This document shows positions 24,684 to 35,400 of a stretch of DNA of 64,000 nucleotides, piece after piece; within the stretch, counting starts at the first letter, position 1, and each line of letters opens with the position of its first letter. A program made the translations under genes and the position numbers. Origin of the DNA: Schizochytrium sp. TIO01 (Eukaryota > Protista > Bigyra: Labyrinthulomycetes); NCBI GenBank assembly GCA_004764695.1, contig SMSO01000032.1, forward strand, positions 4,682,483-4,746,482, read 5' to 3'. A model generated the notes under the pieces. That model was not told the DNA's origin and searched no databases. It saw nothing but the letters and a program-made list of their open reading frames with translations.

Positions 24684-27650
24684 ATGCTCAGCGACCATAA
24701 TGATGCGAACGACATGGACAAGTCGCTAGCGACGGTAGTAGCGTCCCCACCGACAAGCGACGAAGGCGAAATGGAGACTGCGAAGTCTGATTCACAGCAA
24801 AGGCTTCTCCCAGGTCAAGATGGTTTACGGAGCATTTCGCTTGTAGTTGATACCAGTAAATCAAATTCGGAAAGAGAACCTGAACAGAATATGCGGTTCA
24901 TGTCTGGTCATAGTTCTCAAGGACACGACCAATTCACCCCGCTTATGACATCCATCAAAACAGAGAATGACTTTCTACGTAGCTTTAAGGAAAGGAAAGA
25001 CAACCGTTCTCGCTTCTTCAGCACCCGTTGGCTTCCTGGACGCCGCAGCCACAAGAGTAGCGCAACCGCAGCAATAGGTGGTGATGAGGGCAATCACGGG
25101 TCTGAAAGAGACCACGATAATTTCGACAACAAAGAGCACCGTGACTGGGGTGAGCAGAATTCTGGAAAATCAAAATGTCACAGTTGTTGTTTACAGAGTT
25201 CTCACAACGTCAAGAGGGGCTTTCTCCGAAGTTTTCCTGTGATCGCATGGCTGCCAAAATATGAGCTCAGGAAGCAACTCCTTCGAGACACGCTTATCGG
25301 TGTGACTCTAGGTTTTGTCATTGCTCCCAAGGCTATGGCACATGGACTTTTGGCGGAGCTGAGCCCTATCCACGGTATCTACACAGCCTTTTTTAGTACT
25401 TTAGTTTATGGTGCCATGGGTAACGGCAAGTGGCTTAGCTTGGCCACCGCTGCTCTTCCTGCGCTTCTTTTTGGCGAAGCTATGACGAAGACAGGCTATT
25501 CTGATCAAGATACGCTCGACCAGGTTGGACCTATGCTTACTTGTTATATCGCGTTGTGGACGTTTGTGATGCTGTTCCTGCGACTTGACAAACTTGTGGT
25601 GTTGATTCCGCCTGCGGTCTTGGCAGCATTTACTACCACAGCCGCATTTTTGATTGGCACAAGCCAGGTGAAGTATCTTTTTGGCGTTCATATTGAAGCT
25701 TCTGGTTTTGTACAAACTTATGTACAGCTGTTTTCTCACATTGGTGAAACGAACTTGGCAACATTTTTGTTTTCAGTGATGAACCTTATTATCCTCGTCG
25801 GCTCAAAGAAGGCCACTGCTCGGTGGGGTAAACGATTTGGCATCCCTGATGCTGGCGCAATGTTTGCCGTCCTGATCAGCGTAGGCCTCGTTGCAGGCTT
25901 TAACCTTGACGAGAGATATGGCATCGAAGTTGCAGGTTCGACCCCGAGAGGAATGCCACCATTCCGACTTCCCTGGAAATACATTACAGATTCATCTTTG
26001 CATATGACCTTTCTCATTGATGGTATGATCATTGCCATTATTAATTTCGTCCTCATGATTGCTATTGCAAAAAGTTTTGCAAGGAAATCTAACAGTGTTG
26101 TTGTTGTTTCTCAAGAAATGAAAGCTTTAGCAACATCGAATGCCTTGGGGAGTTTTTTTGGCGCCCAGGTTTCTGGTGGTTCTTTCTCTGGTAGCGCAAT
26201 CCTGGCTTCTCTCAAAGCAGAAACCCTCTTGCAGAATTTCATTCAATCGTTTATTATGCTTTTGATCCTGGTGGCGCTGACGCCACTGATTGAAATTTTA
26301 CCCAAGGCCACTCTTGCCGCAATTATTGTAGCTGCTTTGCCAAGCCTAGTAGACTTCCACCGGCCCATTGAGCTTTTGCGTGTAAAGTTTGATGATTTCG
26401 TATTATGGGTCCTTACCTTCTGCATCACCTTATTTGCCGGTGTACAATGGGGAATTATTAGCGGTGCAGCTCTTGCAGTGATTGTTCTCATTCGTCGGAA
26501 TATGCGCCACGAATGTCCGGAGCTTGGAGTCATTCCTGGAACAAACATTTATCGCGCCCTAGATCGCTTTCCTGATGCCAAGCGGATCCCCGGTATTCGC
26601 ATGTTTCGTTTGGATGCTTCATTGAGCTTTGCAAACTTTGAGCGTTTTGAAGAACAACTTGAGACTACTATTAAGAAGATGAGTGCACAGCAACGTCGTG
26701 AATTCCATGATGTTGAAACAGAGGCCGAAGCCAATCATGAGTTGCCAGCCGTATCACAAAATACGCTAATCCTTAGTTGCGAGGCTGTCAACGACATTGA
26801 CTCCGCTGGACTTGATATGCTATGCCGTATTTCAACACTTTGCGACAAGCATCAAATTCTTCTTATATTCTCAGGATGGAAAGCTGGAACACGTCAAACC
26901 TTGTATGCTGCTTCTGAGAACTTCCGGAAGCCTGAAGAGCCGGTCCTTGCCGCTGCTGGAACAGTAGACCTTAAGAGAGATTCTCCGGCCAATGAACTAG
27001 CCGCAGACAAAGAGAATCCCTCTAGTATCCCATCCTCCACCAATAGTGCTGAAGATATGATCGATCTTGAAAACCCTCATCAAGTTATTCGGGACGTCAA
27101 TCCCGCTAGCCCAGGCGAGGATGTAATCGAGGGTGCGTCTAACATTGTTAACTTCATCCCTGCTCCTTTAGATCCAACAAAATGGTACTTGAACTTGCAC
27201 GACGCCGTGGTACGTTCTAGGGAGCAGGATTCACCAAATCGCTCGTCCATATCTTCTTCTTCTTCCTCCTCCTCTTCGTCTTCAGCTGGTGCGTCTCCAG
27301 GTAATGATTCATCTAGCCATAGGTCACATAGAAGGGATGACTCAGGGGAAGGTCATGGAGGAACTGGGGCCTCTCTTTACTCTCAAGCACTACAAGATAA
27401 TACAGGTAGAACGGGTGAAGGTTCGAACGATATTATTGATGCAAACCGACGTGTCTCTGCTGGAGCGGATCTAGGTTGGGAAGTTGGCCACCCATCGTCC
27501 TTGTTCTATTGGAGTCCACGTGGTGTGGATCGACGACCCTCGGACCTCATTATAGTTAAGAAGCGGACGAATAGTACTCCTGTGACTCGAACTACTGAAT
27601 TAACCGCTAGTGGTAAAACCCATGTCCATACTTATGCGCAAGGCCGCTAG
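24684..27650 (+). CDS. SLC26/SulP anion transporter with STAS domain
   Basis: FPVIAWLPKY..RDTLIGVTLG, PIHGIYTAF, SQEMKALATSNALG, LPKATLAAII, LGVIPGTNIYR..FPDA..IPGIRMFRLDASLSFAN, STAS VNDIDSAG. Confidence 0.95.
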   Translation: MLSDHNDANDMDKSLATVVASPPTSDEGEMETAKSDSQQRLLPGQDGLRSISLVVDTSKSNSEREPEQNMRFMSGHSSQGHDQFTPLMTSIKTENDFLRSFKERKDNRSRFFSTRWLPGRRSHKSSATAAIGGDEGNHGSERDHDNFDNKEHRDWGEQNSGKSKCHSCCLQSSHNVKRGFLRSFPVIAWLPKYELRKQLLRDTLIGVTLGFVIAPKAMAHGLLAELSPIHGIYTAFFSTLVYGAMGNGKWLSLATAALPALLFGEAMTKTGYSDQDTLDQVGPMLTCYIALWTFVMLFLRLDKLVVLIPPAVLAAFTTTAAFLIGTSQVKYLFGVHIEASGFVQTYVQLFSHIGETNLATFLFSVMNLIILVGSKKATARWGKRFGIPDAGAMFAVLISVGLVAGFNLDERYGIEVAGSTPRGMPPFRLPWKYITDSSLHMTFLIDGMIIAIINFVLMIAIAKSFARKSNSVVVVSQEMKALATSNALGSFFGAQVSGGSFSGSAILASLKAETLLQNFIQSFIMLLILVALTPLIEILPKATLAAIIVAALPSLVDFHRPIELLRVKFDDFVLWVLTFCITLFAGVQWGIISGAALAVIVLIRRNMRHECPELGVIPGTNIYRALDRFPDAKRIPGIRMFRLDASLSFANFERFEEQLETTIKKMSAQQRREFHDVETEAEANHELPAVSQNTLILSCEAVNDIDSAGLDMLCRISTLCDKHQILLIFSGWKAGTRQTLYAASENFRKPEEPVLAAAGTVDLKRDSPANELAADKENPSSIPSSTNSAEDMIDLENPHQVIRDVNPASPGEDVIEGASNIVNFIPAPLDPTKWYLNLHDAVVRSREQDSPNRSSISSSSSSSSSSSAGASPGNDSSSHRSHRRDDSGEGHGGTGASLYSQALQDNTGRTGEGSNDIIDANRRVSAGADLGWEVGHPSSLFYWSPRGVDRRPSDLIIVKKRTNSTPVTRTTELTASGKTHVHTYAQGR

Positions 27651-27987
27651 AACGGCACTTTTTAAAAGAGCTACTCTCAGGACGATGCCTGCTAGATTGA
27701 TATATCGAAGCAATGGAAATGTAATCGTAGGAAACTTTATGAAAAGACAACTTGTACAATTATGATAAAAAAGATATTGATTGGTGAATTCATCTACCAA
27801 CTCTTGAGTTCAAGTTCAGCCCCAAATATAACGCACAAATGCAGTAAAAGCGAAAGTGACTGTACCTAGCCACAAGCCATCTGAATTATTCCGCTAGGCT
27901 CATTGATTGAGCAATCAGATTAAAGATAAGTTCAATTACATTGTTCTTTCAGAAAATAATTGTCATGTGCTTGGTGTCCAACGTCTT

Positions 27988-30900
27988 TTAATCATTGGCA
28001 ATGTTAAGTTTTTTTGAAGTGGCTTTGCGAACAAAGCCAGCAGCCCTTCGGCTAGCTTGATTAACTCGTAAAGCCGTGGTAAGTCCACCTGTTTGCAACA
28101 GCTGAACAGCACCGGCTTTCGTATTTACTCTCTGAAGTGTAAAGTGAGCCTTGTCGCGCTTGCTACAACAGAAGTACCACAATGCAAACTCTTCCCAGTC
28201 AATGAGCTTGTTACCATTGAGATCAACTTTATCCACGAAGTCGCGAATGCGTGACATAGGCACAACAACTCCTAAATCAAAGGCCAGGCGCTGGAAGTCA
28301 TTGCTAGTAATTTCACCTGGGTGTCGACTTTTTGGTCGATCAAAAGCATCAAATTTCTTTCGTGCAGCATGCATGGCTTGTGGCGACGCCGCAAGATATC
28401 CCCTGTGAGCTTGTGAATAAGCATCTTCACGACCCATTGCATTAATTCGCGATCTCAGCTGCTCTGCAATTAATGCACTTCTCTTCACTTCTGCTCTTCG
28501 CTCTGCAGCACAAGCTATGGCACGGGTTCTAACGTGCTGTCCTATCTGATTTGCAGCATGCTTAGCGTTTCGAGTGCGAACATTGTGGCGTGTTAGCCTG
28601 TCACTTTCTTGTAAATTTCTGACCCTCACCTGGTGTGACCAGTCGCACTCGACTAAAATACGCCTCCAGTGTTGTTCTGCTTGTTTAGCTTTTTGCTCCA
28701 TTGTACCCAGAGTCTTTTCACGTCGTTTAGCAGCAGCATACGCACGATTGAAAGCTTGCACTTCGGTTGGCGCACGACACAGCACATAGTCTTGCATGTC
28801 AGTCACACGAGTAGCAGTCTCAAAGTCTTGGCGAGCCTTTAATGCTACACGTGCAATGCCTTCAGTGAACGACACCGCTTCCCCAAGTTCTTTTAACTTT
28901 TCTAATGTTAGATTTATCTGACATGCAAGCTCTTCTTGAGTCAGATGCCGAGTTAGCTCAAGCATTTGCTCGTATTGATCCCTAATCCTCCGCATTGCTC
29001 GAAGTTGAACAAAGGCAATCTTAAGATGTTTCGTGCGACTTGTATGCGCGCGAATGCGTTGTTGAAGTTTATCTAAAGCAACTCTTGCGGTAGCTGTGCG
29101 TTGAAGAATTTTCAAGTATGATCTCAGCTCTCGCTCGTGGTCCAGTAAACCACACATGTAGCCATTTTGGGTTCCCGGCTTTTGCGCTCTTTTGCTCAAG
29201 TGGCGTTGTCTCCAGGCTGCCAGTTTCATTTCTAAATTGATTACTCGACGCAACTTAATCTCGCGAAACCAGCGCTGCACGCAGCAAATGGATTGCATAA
29301 GTATGCGTCGCTTTTGGACAACACAACGAGCATGATGCTGCCGCCAAGCCATTTGAAGTTTCAGAACGAATTCTGCTTTATATTTCAAGCTTTTACAGAC
29401 AAAGACACGTGCTCTTAATTGAATGCATCTTGCGGCACGATCTCGGCGTAAATCCTCTTTGATCCTTTTGGCTATCATAATTCTAGCTTGCTTTTGAATA
29501 GCTGTCGCAGCAATATTCTTCTGCTTAACCACGCGTCGGCGCTGTAATTCACAGCGAGCAAGCTTACCGCGTACAACCTTTTGCATTGATCGTGCTCCTA
29601 GATATCTGACAAACCAACGCCTTCGGTATCGACATCTATACCAGCTCGAAAGAACTGTAATCGCATTGTCTTCACGAGCGAGTTGTACCTCATATTTAGC
29701 CTTAACTCTTCTCCACAAGCACTGTATGTTGATCGCAGAATTTTCTTGTCTTTCTAAATCCATAATCACTGGAAGGATATTGGACGTGTCGACATTAATA
29801 GTTTTAAGATCCATACACTTTGCACGAGCAAGTCGACCCCGCCAATGACGCTGAATCTGTATGGCACTTTTAGAACATGTCTCTATATGGCAGATTCTGG
29901 CCTTACGAATGATTTTCCAGGAGAACCTTTGTAAACATTTTGCTGCATTATCTCTTCGTTGGACTTCAGTCTCGCAATTTTCCTCAAAGTTTTTTTCCAG
30001 AGTATTAAGACGCTCATGAAATAGCTTCTTTGCGTTTGTTCTTGCAACTGGCGAAGCAATCTTTGGTGCTGCTTGGTGGATTGAAAGTAAATCTCGTTGC
30101 CAACAGCCTTTAGTAGATAATTCCTGCTCGGAGATTTCCTGTAAGCAGTCAGCATGAATTTGTAAGGGATCTGGTTTCTGAGGAAAAAGCATCTCTAAAG
30201 TACGAGGCTTTTCCTGACGCTGGAAATGAGCCTCCTCTCTCAAAATTAAAAGTGCAGCAGTATGCTGACGAATTTCATATGATGTTGGGTTATGTAATAT
30301 TCGCCAAACCTCATTTAAAGGGAAAGAAAGCACCGGCGTTTGGAGTTTTTCACGAAGGCAGTCTAAGTTCCATGCCAGAAGCATTGGGTTTCTCGAAAGC
30401 TTAAGCCCACTCTGATCACTATTCTTGGCTTCTAATCCACCTGTATCCGATGCCATTTTTAAAAGGTAGTTAGAGCCTTTCCATGAAAAATCGGTTGGCT
30501 CATCAGTTTCTCGATTATGCTTTGCTCGATTAAACTTTAAGATGGTTTCTACAACCAGAAGGCTTACACGAGCAAGATCACTAAGTACAGACTTCCTATC
30601 TACTGTTTCGGAATATGCGGCCTGAACGAGCAGGTGTTCACGAAGAAGAATGAGACGTGAAATCTCTTGTTCGTGCATGGATGCGAGGGTTTCCATAGAG
30701 TTTGGCATTTTTGTTGTAGGTGCTGCACCAGCATCTGACTTCTCTCTTTTTGTTCCTCTCGTAACATCTCGTTTCTTTGAAGAGTTCTTAGCATCTAAGC
30801 TATAGGTATCATTCAATGAATTATTTATAGCCTCATCATCGACCTTCATGTTTTGTTGATTGGGTTCTTCCATAACTGCAGCAGGGTCAAGTAGGGTACC

Positions 30901-31377
30901 TCGGTTGTTCCGACGCATTTGTTCTCTTCGAGATAAACGATGAATCCGTGATTTGCCATACTGCATTGATGGTGCATTCCGTGTGACCTTTAGTCGAACA
31001 TCCGCATTCCAGTCATAGGCGTGTTTGAATTGAATAGCTGGTCTAGGGGGGTTTGGAATAAATGTACACGTATACGCAAGATGTGGAGCAAACAATGCGC
31101 TAATATCATTCGGAGACTTCCTCAGTCGCTCGCGAAGTTTCGCTAGTCCTCGTTGCGCCATTACGTCATCTAAAACGAACTCAGATGTAGCTATAGCTTT
31201 TACTTCATCCTTGCCCTCGCTATAATCAGAGTCATTGCTTCCTTCACTTGAATATGCACTCCCGCTGCTGTTACTGCCACGTCCCAAGGCATCGTTCGAC
31301 TTGCTTTGCTCAGGAACATCTTCTTCCTCGTGATACCGGAGCTTGGAGTTACCCCGCAAAAGCCCTGCACGTAGCAT
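27988..31377 (-). CDS. Multi-IQ-motif coiled-coil protein with a C-terminal EF-hand pair
   Basis: Repeated IQ motifs (IQIQRHWRGRLAR, INIQCLWRR, MQKVVRGKLAR, AIQKQAR, LQMAWRQHHAR). EF hands FDAFDR...GEIT and VDLNGNKLIDWEEF. Confidence 0.85.
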   Translation of the reverse strand: MLRAGLLRGNSKLRYHEEEDVPEQSKSNDALGRGSNSSGSAYSSEGSNDSDYSEGKDEVKAIATSEFVLDDVMAQRGLAKLRERLRKSPNDISALFAPHLAYTCTFIPNPPRPAIQFKHAYDWNADVRLKVTRNAPSMQYGKSRIHRLSRREQMRRNNRGTLLDPAAVMEEPNQQNMKVDDEAINNSLNDTYSLDAKNSSKKRDVTRGTKREKSDAGAAPTTKMPNSMETLASMHEQEISRLILLREHLLVQAAYSETVDRKSVLSDLARVSLLVVETILKFNRAKHNRETDEPTDFSWKGSNYLLKMASDTGGLEAKNSDQSGLKLSRNPMLLAWNLDCLREKLQTPVLSFPLNEVWRILHNPTSYEIRQHTAALLILREEAHFQRQEKPRTLEMLFPQKPDPLQIHADCLQEISEQELSTKGCWQRDLLSIHQAAPKIASPVARTNAKKLFHERLNTLEKNFEENCETEVQRRDNAAKCLQRFSWKIIRKARICHIETCSKSAIQIQRHWRGRLARAKCMDLKTINVDTSNILPVIMDLERQENSAINIQCLWRRVKAKYEVQLAREDNAITVLSSWYRCRYRRRWFVRYLGARSMQKVVRGKLARCELQRRRVVKQKNIAATAIQKQARIMIAKRIKEDLRRDRAARCIQLRARVFVCKSLKYKAEFVLKLQMAWRQHHARCVVQKRRILMQSICCVQRWFREIKLRRVINLEMKLAAWRQRHLSKRAQKPGTQNGYMCGLLDHERELRSYLKILQRTATARVALDKLQQRIRAHTSRTKHLKIAFVQLRAMRRIRDQYEQMLELTRHLTQEELACQINLTLEKLKELGEAVSFTEGIARVALKARQDFETATRVTDMQDYVLCRAPTEVQAFNRAYAAAKRREKTLGTMEQKAKQAEQHWRRILVECDWSHQVRVRNLQESDRLTRHNVRTRNAKHAANQIGQHVRTRAIACAAERRAEVKRSALIAEQLRSRINAMGREDAYSQAHRGYLAASPQAMHAARKKFDAFDRPKSRHPGEITSNDFQRLAFDLGVVVPMSRIRDFVDKVDLNGNKLIDWEEFALWYFCCSKRDKAHFTLQRVNTKAGAVQLLQTGGLTTALRVNQASRRAAGFVRKATSKKLNIAND

Positions 31378-32461
31378 TGCACGTCATAGAGAAGTGTAAG
31401 GAGAAGTACGTTTGCTGCTTGTATGCTGGACTTTACTCTCAAGACCTTTGGCAGCGTTCACCTCTTCTTGCAAAAGGCGTTGTAGTCATGGCTTTGTTTT
31501 CCTGTTTAAGCTTCGTTCCCTAGAAATATTTTCACACATCAAAGGTGTGTACCAACCTCAGTGCGGTACCTAATAACCGCCATCAATATCATAATTGTAA
31601 CTGTACGATGCACCATGTAAGGACGGACGCGAAAGCAACAAGGCATCCTGGCTACCCTCGGGGGAGATTAAAATTCACTGGTACTCTTAGTCCATGGGGG
31701 AAGCTAAAGTTGAACATTTTTTAATGTGAACAATGGTAATTTTTAATCTTCAAAGGACTGGTATTAATGTACACAATGTCGTAACACAAAATGATCAAGA
31801 GGCAAATGTTTTTTTTTTTTACCTTGAACAAAGGGGCTTTAGAGAAAAAGAAAAGAACACGTTCTTACCAACTGCCGCAATGCAGTACTCTCGAGAAATC
31901 ACCTGCTCGTGAATCGGTTAATACGTTTTCGCTCTATCAACCTGTTTGCTCCTTTTCTCTAAAACGAAAAAGTAAAAATGGTTTCCTTAAAAATTCAGAG
32001 AATCCCCCATGGTACCATATAGAAAAACGTTTTTGTGGTGTAATTGGCCGTTTGATTTTACAGCTGCAATTGCGTCTCTGTAACCTGGGAAGCAACTGTT
32101 TATGATCGCTCTTGAGACCCCCTTCGCTTTTGAAATCATTGAAAAATTAGACAACCCCCTCAAGTTAGGCATAAGCACAAAAGACCAGTATCCAATGTGT
32201 AAGAGCTTTCTCTCCACCAACATGATATGGTCAGTTCACTGTGCATTTCGTGATTCTCGATGGAACTTACCCAGATAAAGAGCATGATAAATATGAGCAA
32301 GTTGAGGATCACAGTGTGACACCACCAATTTATTTAAGTCCGGTAGGCATACGTAGGTATGCTCGGCATTACAATGAAAAATGTATAACTTGGAAATCAG
32401 CAGAACTGTAGAAGGGTAGGAACAGTATTTTATTTATTTGCTCGCAAGTTGGCGCTAATGC

Positions 32462-35400
32462 TCACGTTTTACTAGTACCGTGGGTAAATAACTTTGCAAA
32501 TTTCCCTCCTGCAGCTGCTCGCAAAGATTGCGTTGATGCCGTTTCGCCATTGATTGCTGGAGCTTGGCTGCTAGGATTTAACGAATGCACACGCTGTTTG
32601 CTTACCCCGTCAGGATGGCCTACAACGCTTGAATGGCGGCCCGTTTCAAGATCACGAACAGGTTGTTTCGAGCGCTTATAGTAGATCAGCCCAGCTATTA
32701 CCGCTGCAACAAGTATGACTGGTATCAGGACTGCGGCCACCACCTTTCTAGTCTTTGTGTCAGAATTGGATGTATTGCTATTGAGGCTTGAACTAGCAAC
32801 AAAGTGCTTGCTAGGCAGAGCTTTTTCTTTTGCTTGTGTCACATATTGACTAATTTGAGTAGTGTTGATGTACCATGACGGAAGACTTGAAGCTTCTGCG
32901 TCATTCCATTCAGGCAAATCTGGTGTCATTATGACTTTGGTTACAGTAACTGCCTCGGATGCCAGTCGTCTCAAAGATCCTTGTTCCTCCACAGCCATAC
33001 CTAGGTTGCCGTATAAATCTTCGACACCTTTTAGAGTAATAATGACCGGGGATGAACTCCACTGAGCAGCTGTAGCTGAAGAATTGATGTAAAGGACGAC
33101 ATCTAGATCATAGAGAAGCGAGGTACATGAAACAGATGTATTGGCAGTGATAGTGTCATTAACATCTGTTACGATGGCTTTGAGGCTCGATGATGCGCAG
33201 TTAATGGGTTCGTCGAATCGAAAGGTGGCAATTGTTTGACTTTGCATAGGTTGCTGCACAATGGTCGTGGAACTCCATGAGACAAGCTCAGGGCCCACAA
33301 TGTCATACACTCCAAGCCGAGGGTTTGATCGGACAAAATTAGAGCTTCCGCAATCTGCACGAAGTTCAAGCAGATATTTTGTTTCATTACTGAGTCCAAC
33401 ATCTGGCCCTGTTAAGATCAATGCGGTTTCATCCTTTGCAAAGGCCCCAACTTGAAAAAAGTCATCTGATCCGGGCATGTCTGAGCTAGAAATATATTTT
33501 GCAGCCCAAACACTAACACTCGAACTCGTTACAGTAGTCTCAAAAGCATATGACAAATTGAGACTGGGGCTTATCGACGTAAGAGCCCATGTGGAGCCTG
33601 ACGTTTTGAGCGAACCATCCCATACCGGACGAGCGCAAGAGTTTTCCCAGTTTAGAGTGAAAAGTAGTGAATCAGAAAGAGCCGAGTCACACTGAGATGA
33701 CACGGTGATTACAAGAGAAGTACTTTGGATACTCGCGTCAAGTCGCTCATACTGTACCACTACCTTATGTAGTCCTGTGCCACTTGTTGTAGACTCTTTT
33801 GAGATGGTGATGTCAAATGGCGAGTTTAGACTTGTTGCGCCAATTTTATATGCGATGTTACCTGTAGCGCTAGCGTCGTCAACACTAATAGACAGGTCCA
33901 CGTCTAAGCTGTTATCCTCCATGTCTGTAAGGTCCAAATAAAATGAAAAGAAGCCTGTGCTAGAGCTTAAAACCCCAGGCAATGGGTTTTCACTATCTTC
34001 CACAATACTAAATCGCTCAATCGCTTCAGTGCCATCTACATGAGGACAACGCGTTTTCCCACCACAAACTTGGTATACGAAGGAGCCAGAATACGGAGAC
34101 TGAAACATTTGAACACAAAGGTTGTTACCAAGAGAGTTTTCAAAGGTTGTAGAAATGTCTCTTTCGAAAGTCTGGTCTACATAAGTGCTGTTCGTGCTTT
34201 TAAAAGTCTGTGTTAATTCAGACGAGCTAGTTTGCGAAGAGGTGAAAAGGAAAGCTAGAAATTTCCTCGAAACCTATTGACAGGCCATTTTCAGATTGTT
34301 GTGACGATGAGGAACTGAACATGAGTGATGCGTAGTCGATTAGTACATTTGTCGTGTACGATGTTGTCAAAGACACTGTCACCTCACCAGAAGTCCCCTG
34401 CAAATTCAATGTGTTAACTCCATCAATACTCGAGCTTCCAAGAATACTAGTGTTGCTTGAAGTCAGGTCTACAGGATAGTTTAGAGCGTTTAGGCGGTCC
34501 AGATCCCAGTGCCTAAAAAGATTTTGCCATCGTGCGAGCTCCGTGTATGCATCTGCTAGGACGTCTGACATATCAGGATTGTCTTTGTACAATGCAATAG
34601 TTTCTAAAACAGTTTGTTGGGAGTCTTCGCAAGCAGATCTTGAGGACACAACCAATGATTCAGTTTTAGAACCCCATGTAATTGAGGGTGCGACAGTGAG
34701 TGAGCATGAATCAATGTTGTAAGTGATGCGCTTAGATTTAGTGAGGTTTGCCGTCGCACCAAGAAGTAAGACGAGATCTTCGCCAGATGTAACTTCATTA
34801 AAGGTGAATTTAGATAGAGAAGTAACTGTAACATCGTTCTTACTCACAGTGTTACTTGTCACCTGCTCCGACCCGACTGTACTCGATGACGATCCGCCTG
34901 TACCTGAAAGTGCTGAGACAGACACAGAAATGCTGTTTTCTTCGCTTGAATCATTTTCTATTTCGGTTTGTTGCAGTATCTCGGATTCGAGACTGATACT
35001 CTGAGAAAAGGATGCAGTTGCTTTAGAGACAATGCTTCCGAGCGAGTCTTGCATAATAGGTGGAGCATAAAGGTAGTAGAGTGGAACTGAGTTTCCGAAT
35101 GTTAAAGGCTCTGCGCTGGTAATCACCTTGTTGCCAATAATGAGTATTCGAATTGACTGAAAAGTCAAGGTCAGATTGGAAGGCCAAAATATGGGGTGAA
35201 AGGATCTGAATGAAGCACTTCGTACATAGTTTGTGAGATTTGCAAAGGGTATTGTCACAGTGCTAGTGAAGTTGCCGGGAGGGTTTGTCGGTTGTCCTAC
35301 ATACAAGGTAACGTTTGCTGCGGACTTAGAAGAAGTAGTATTGAAGATAAATGCACATGGATCATCTTCGTTACATGCGTCTGAGTCATCGTTTGGGTTT

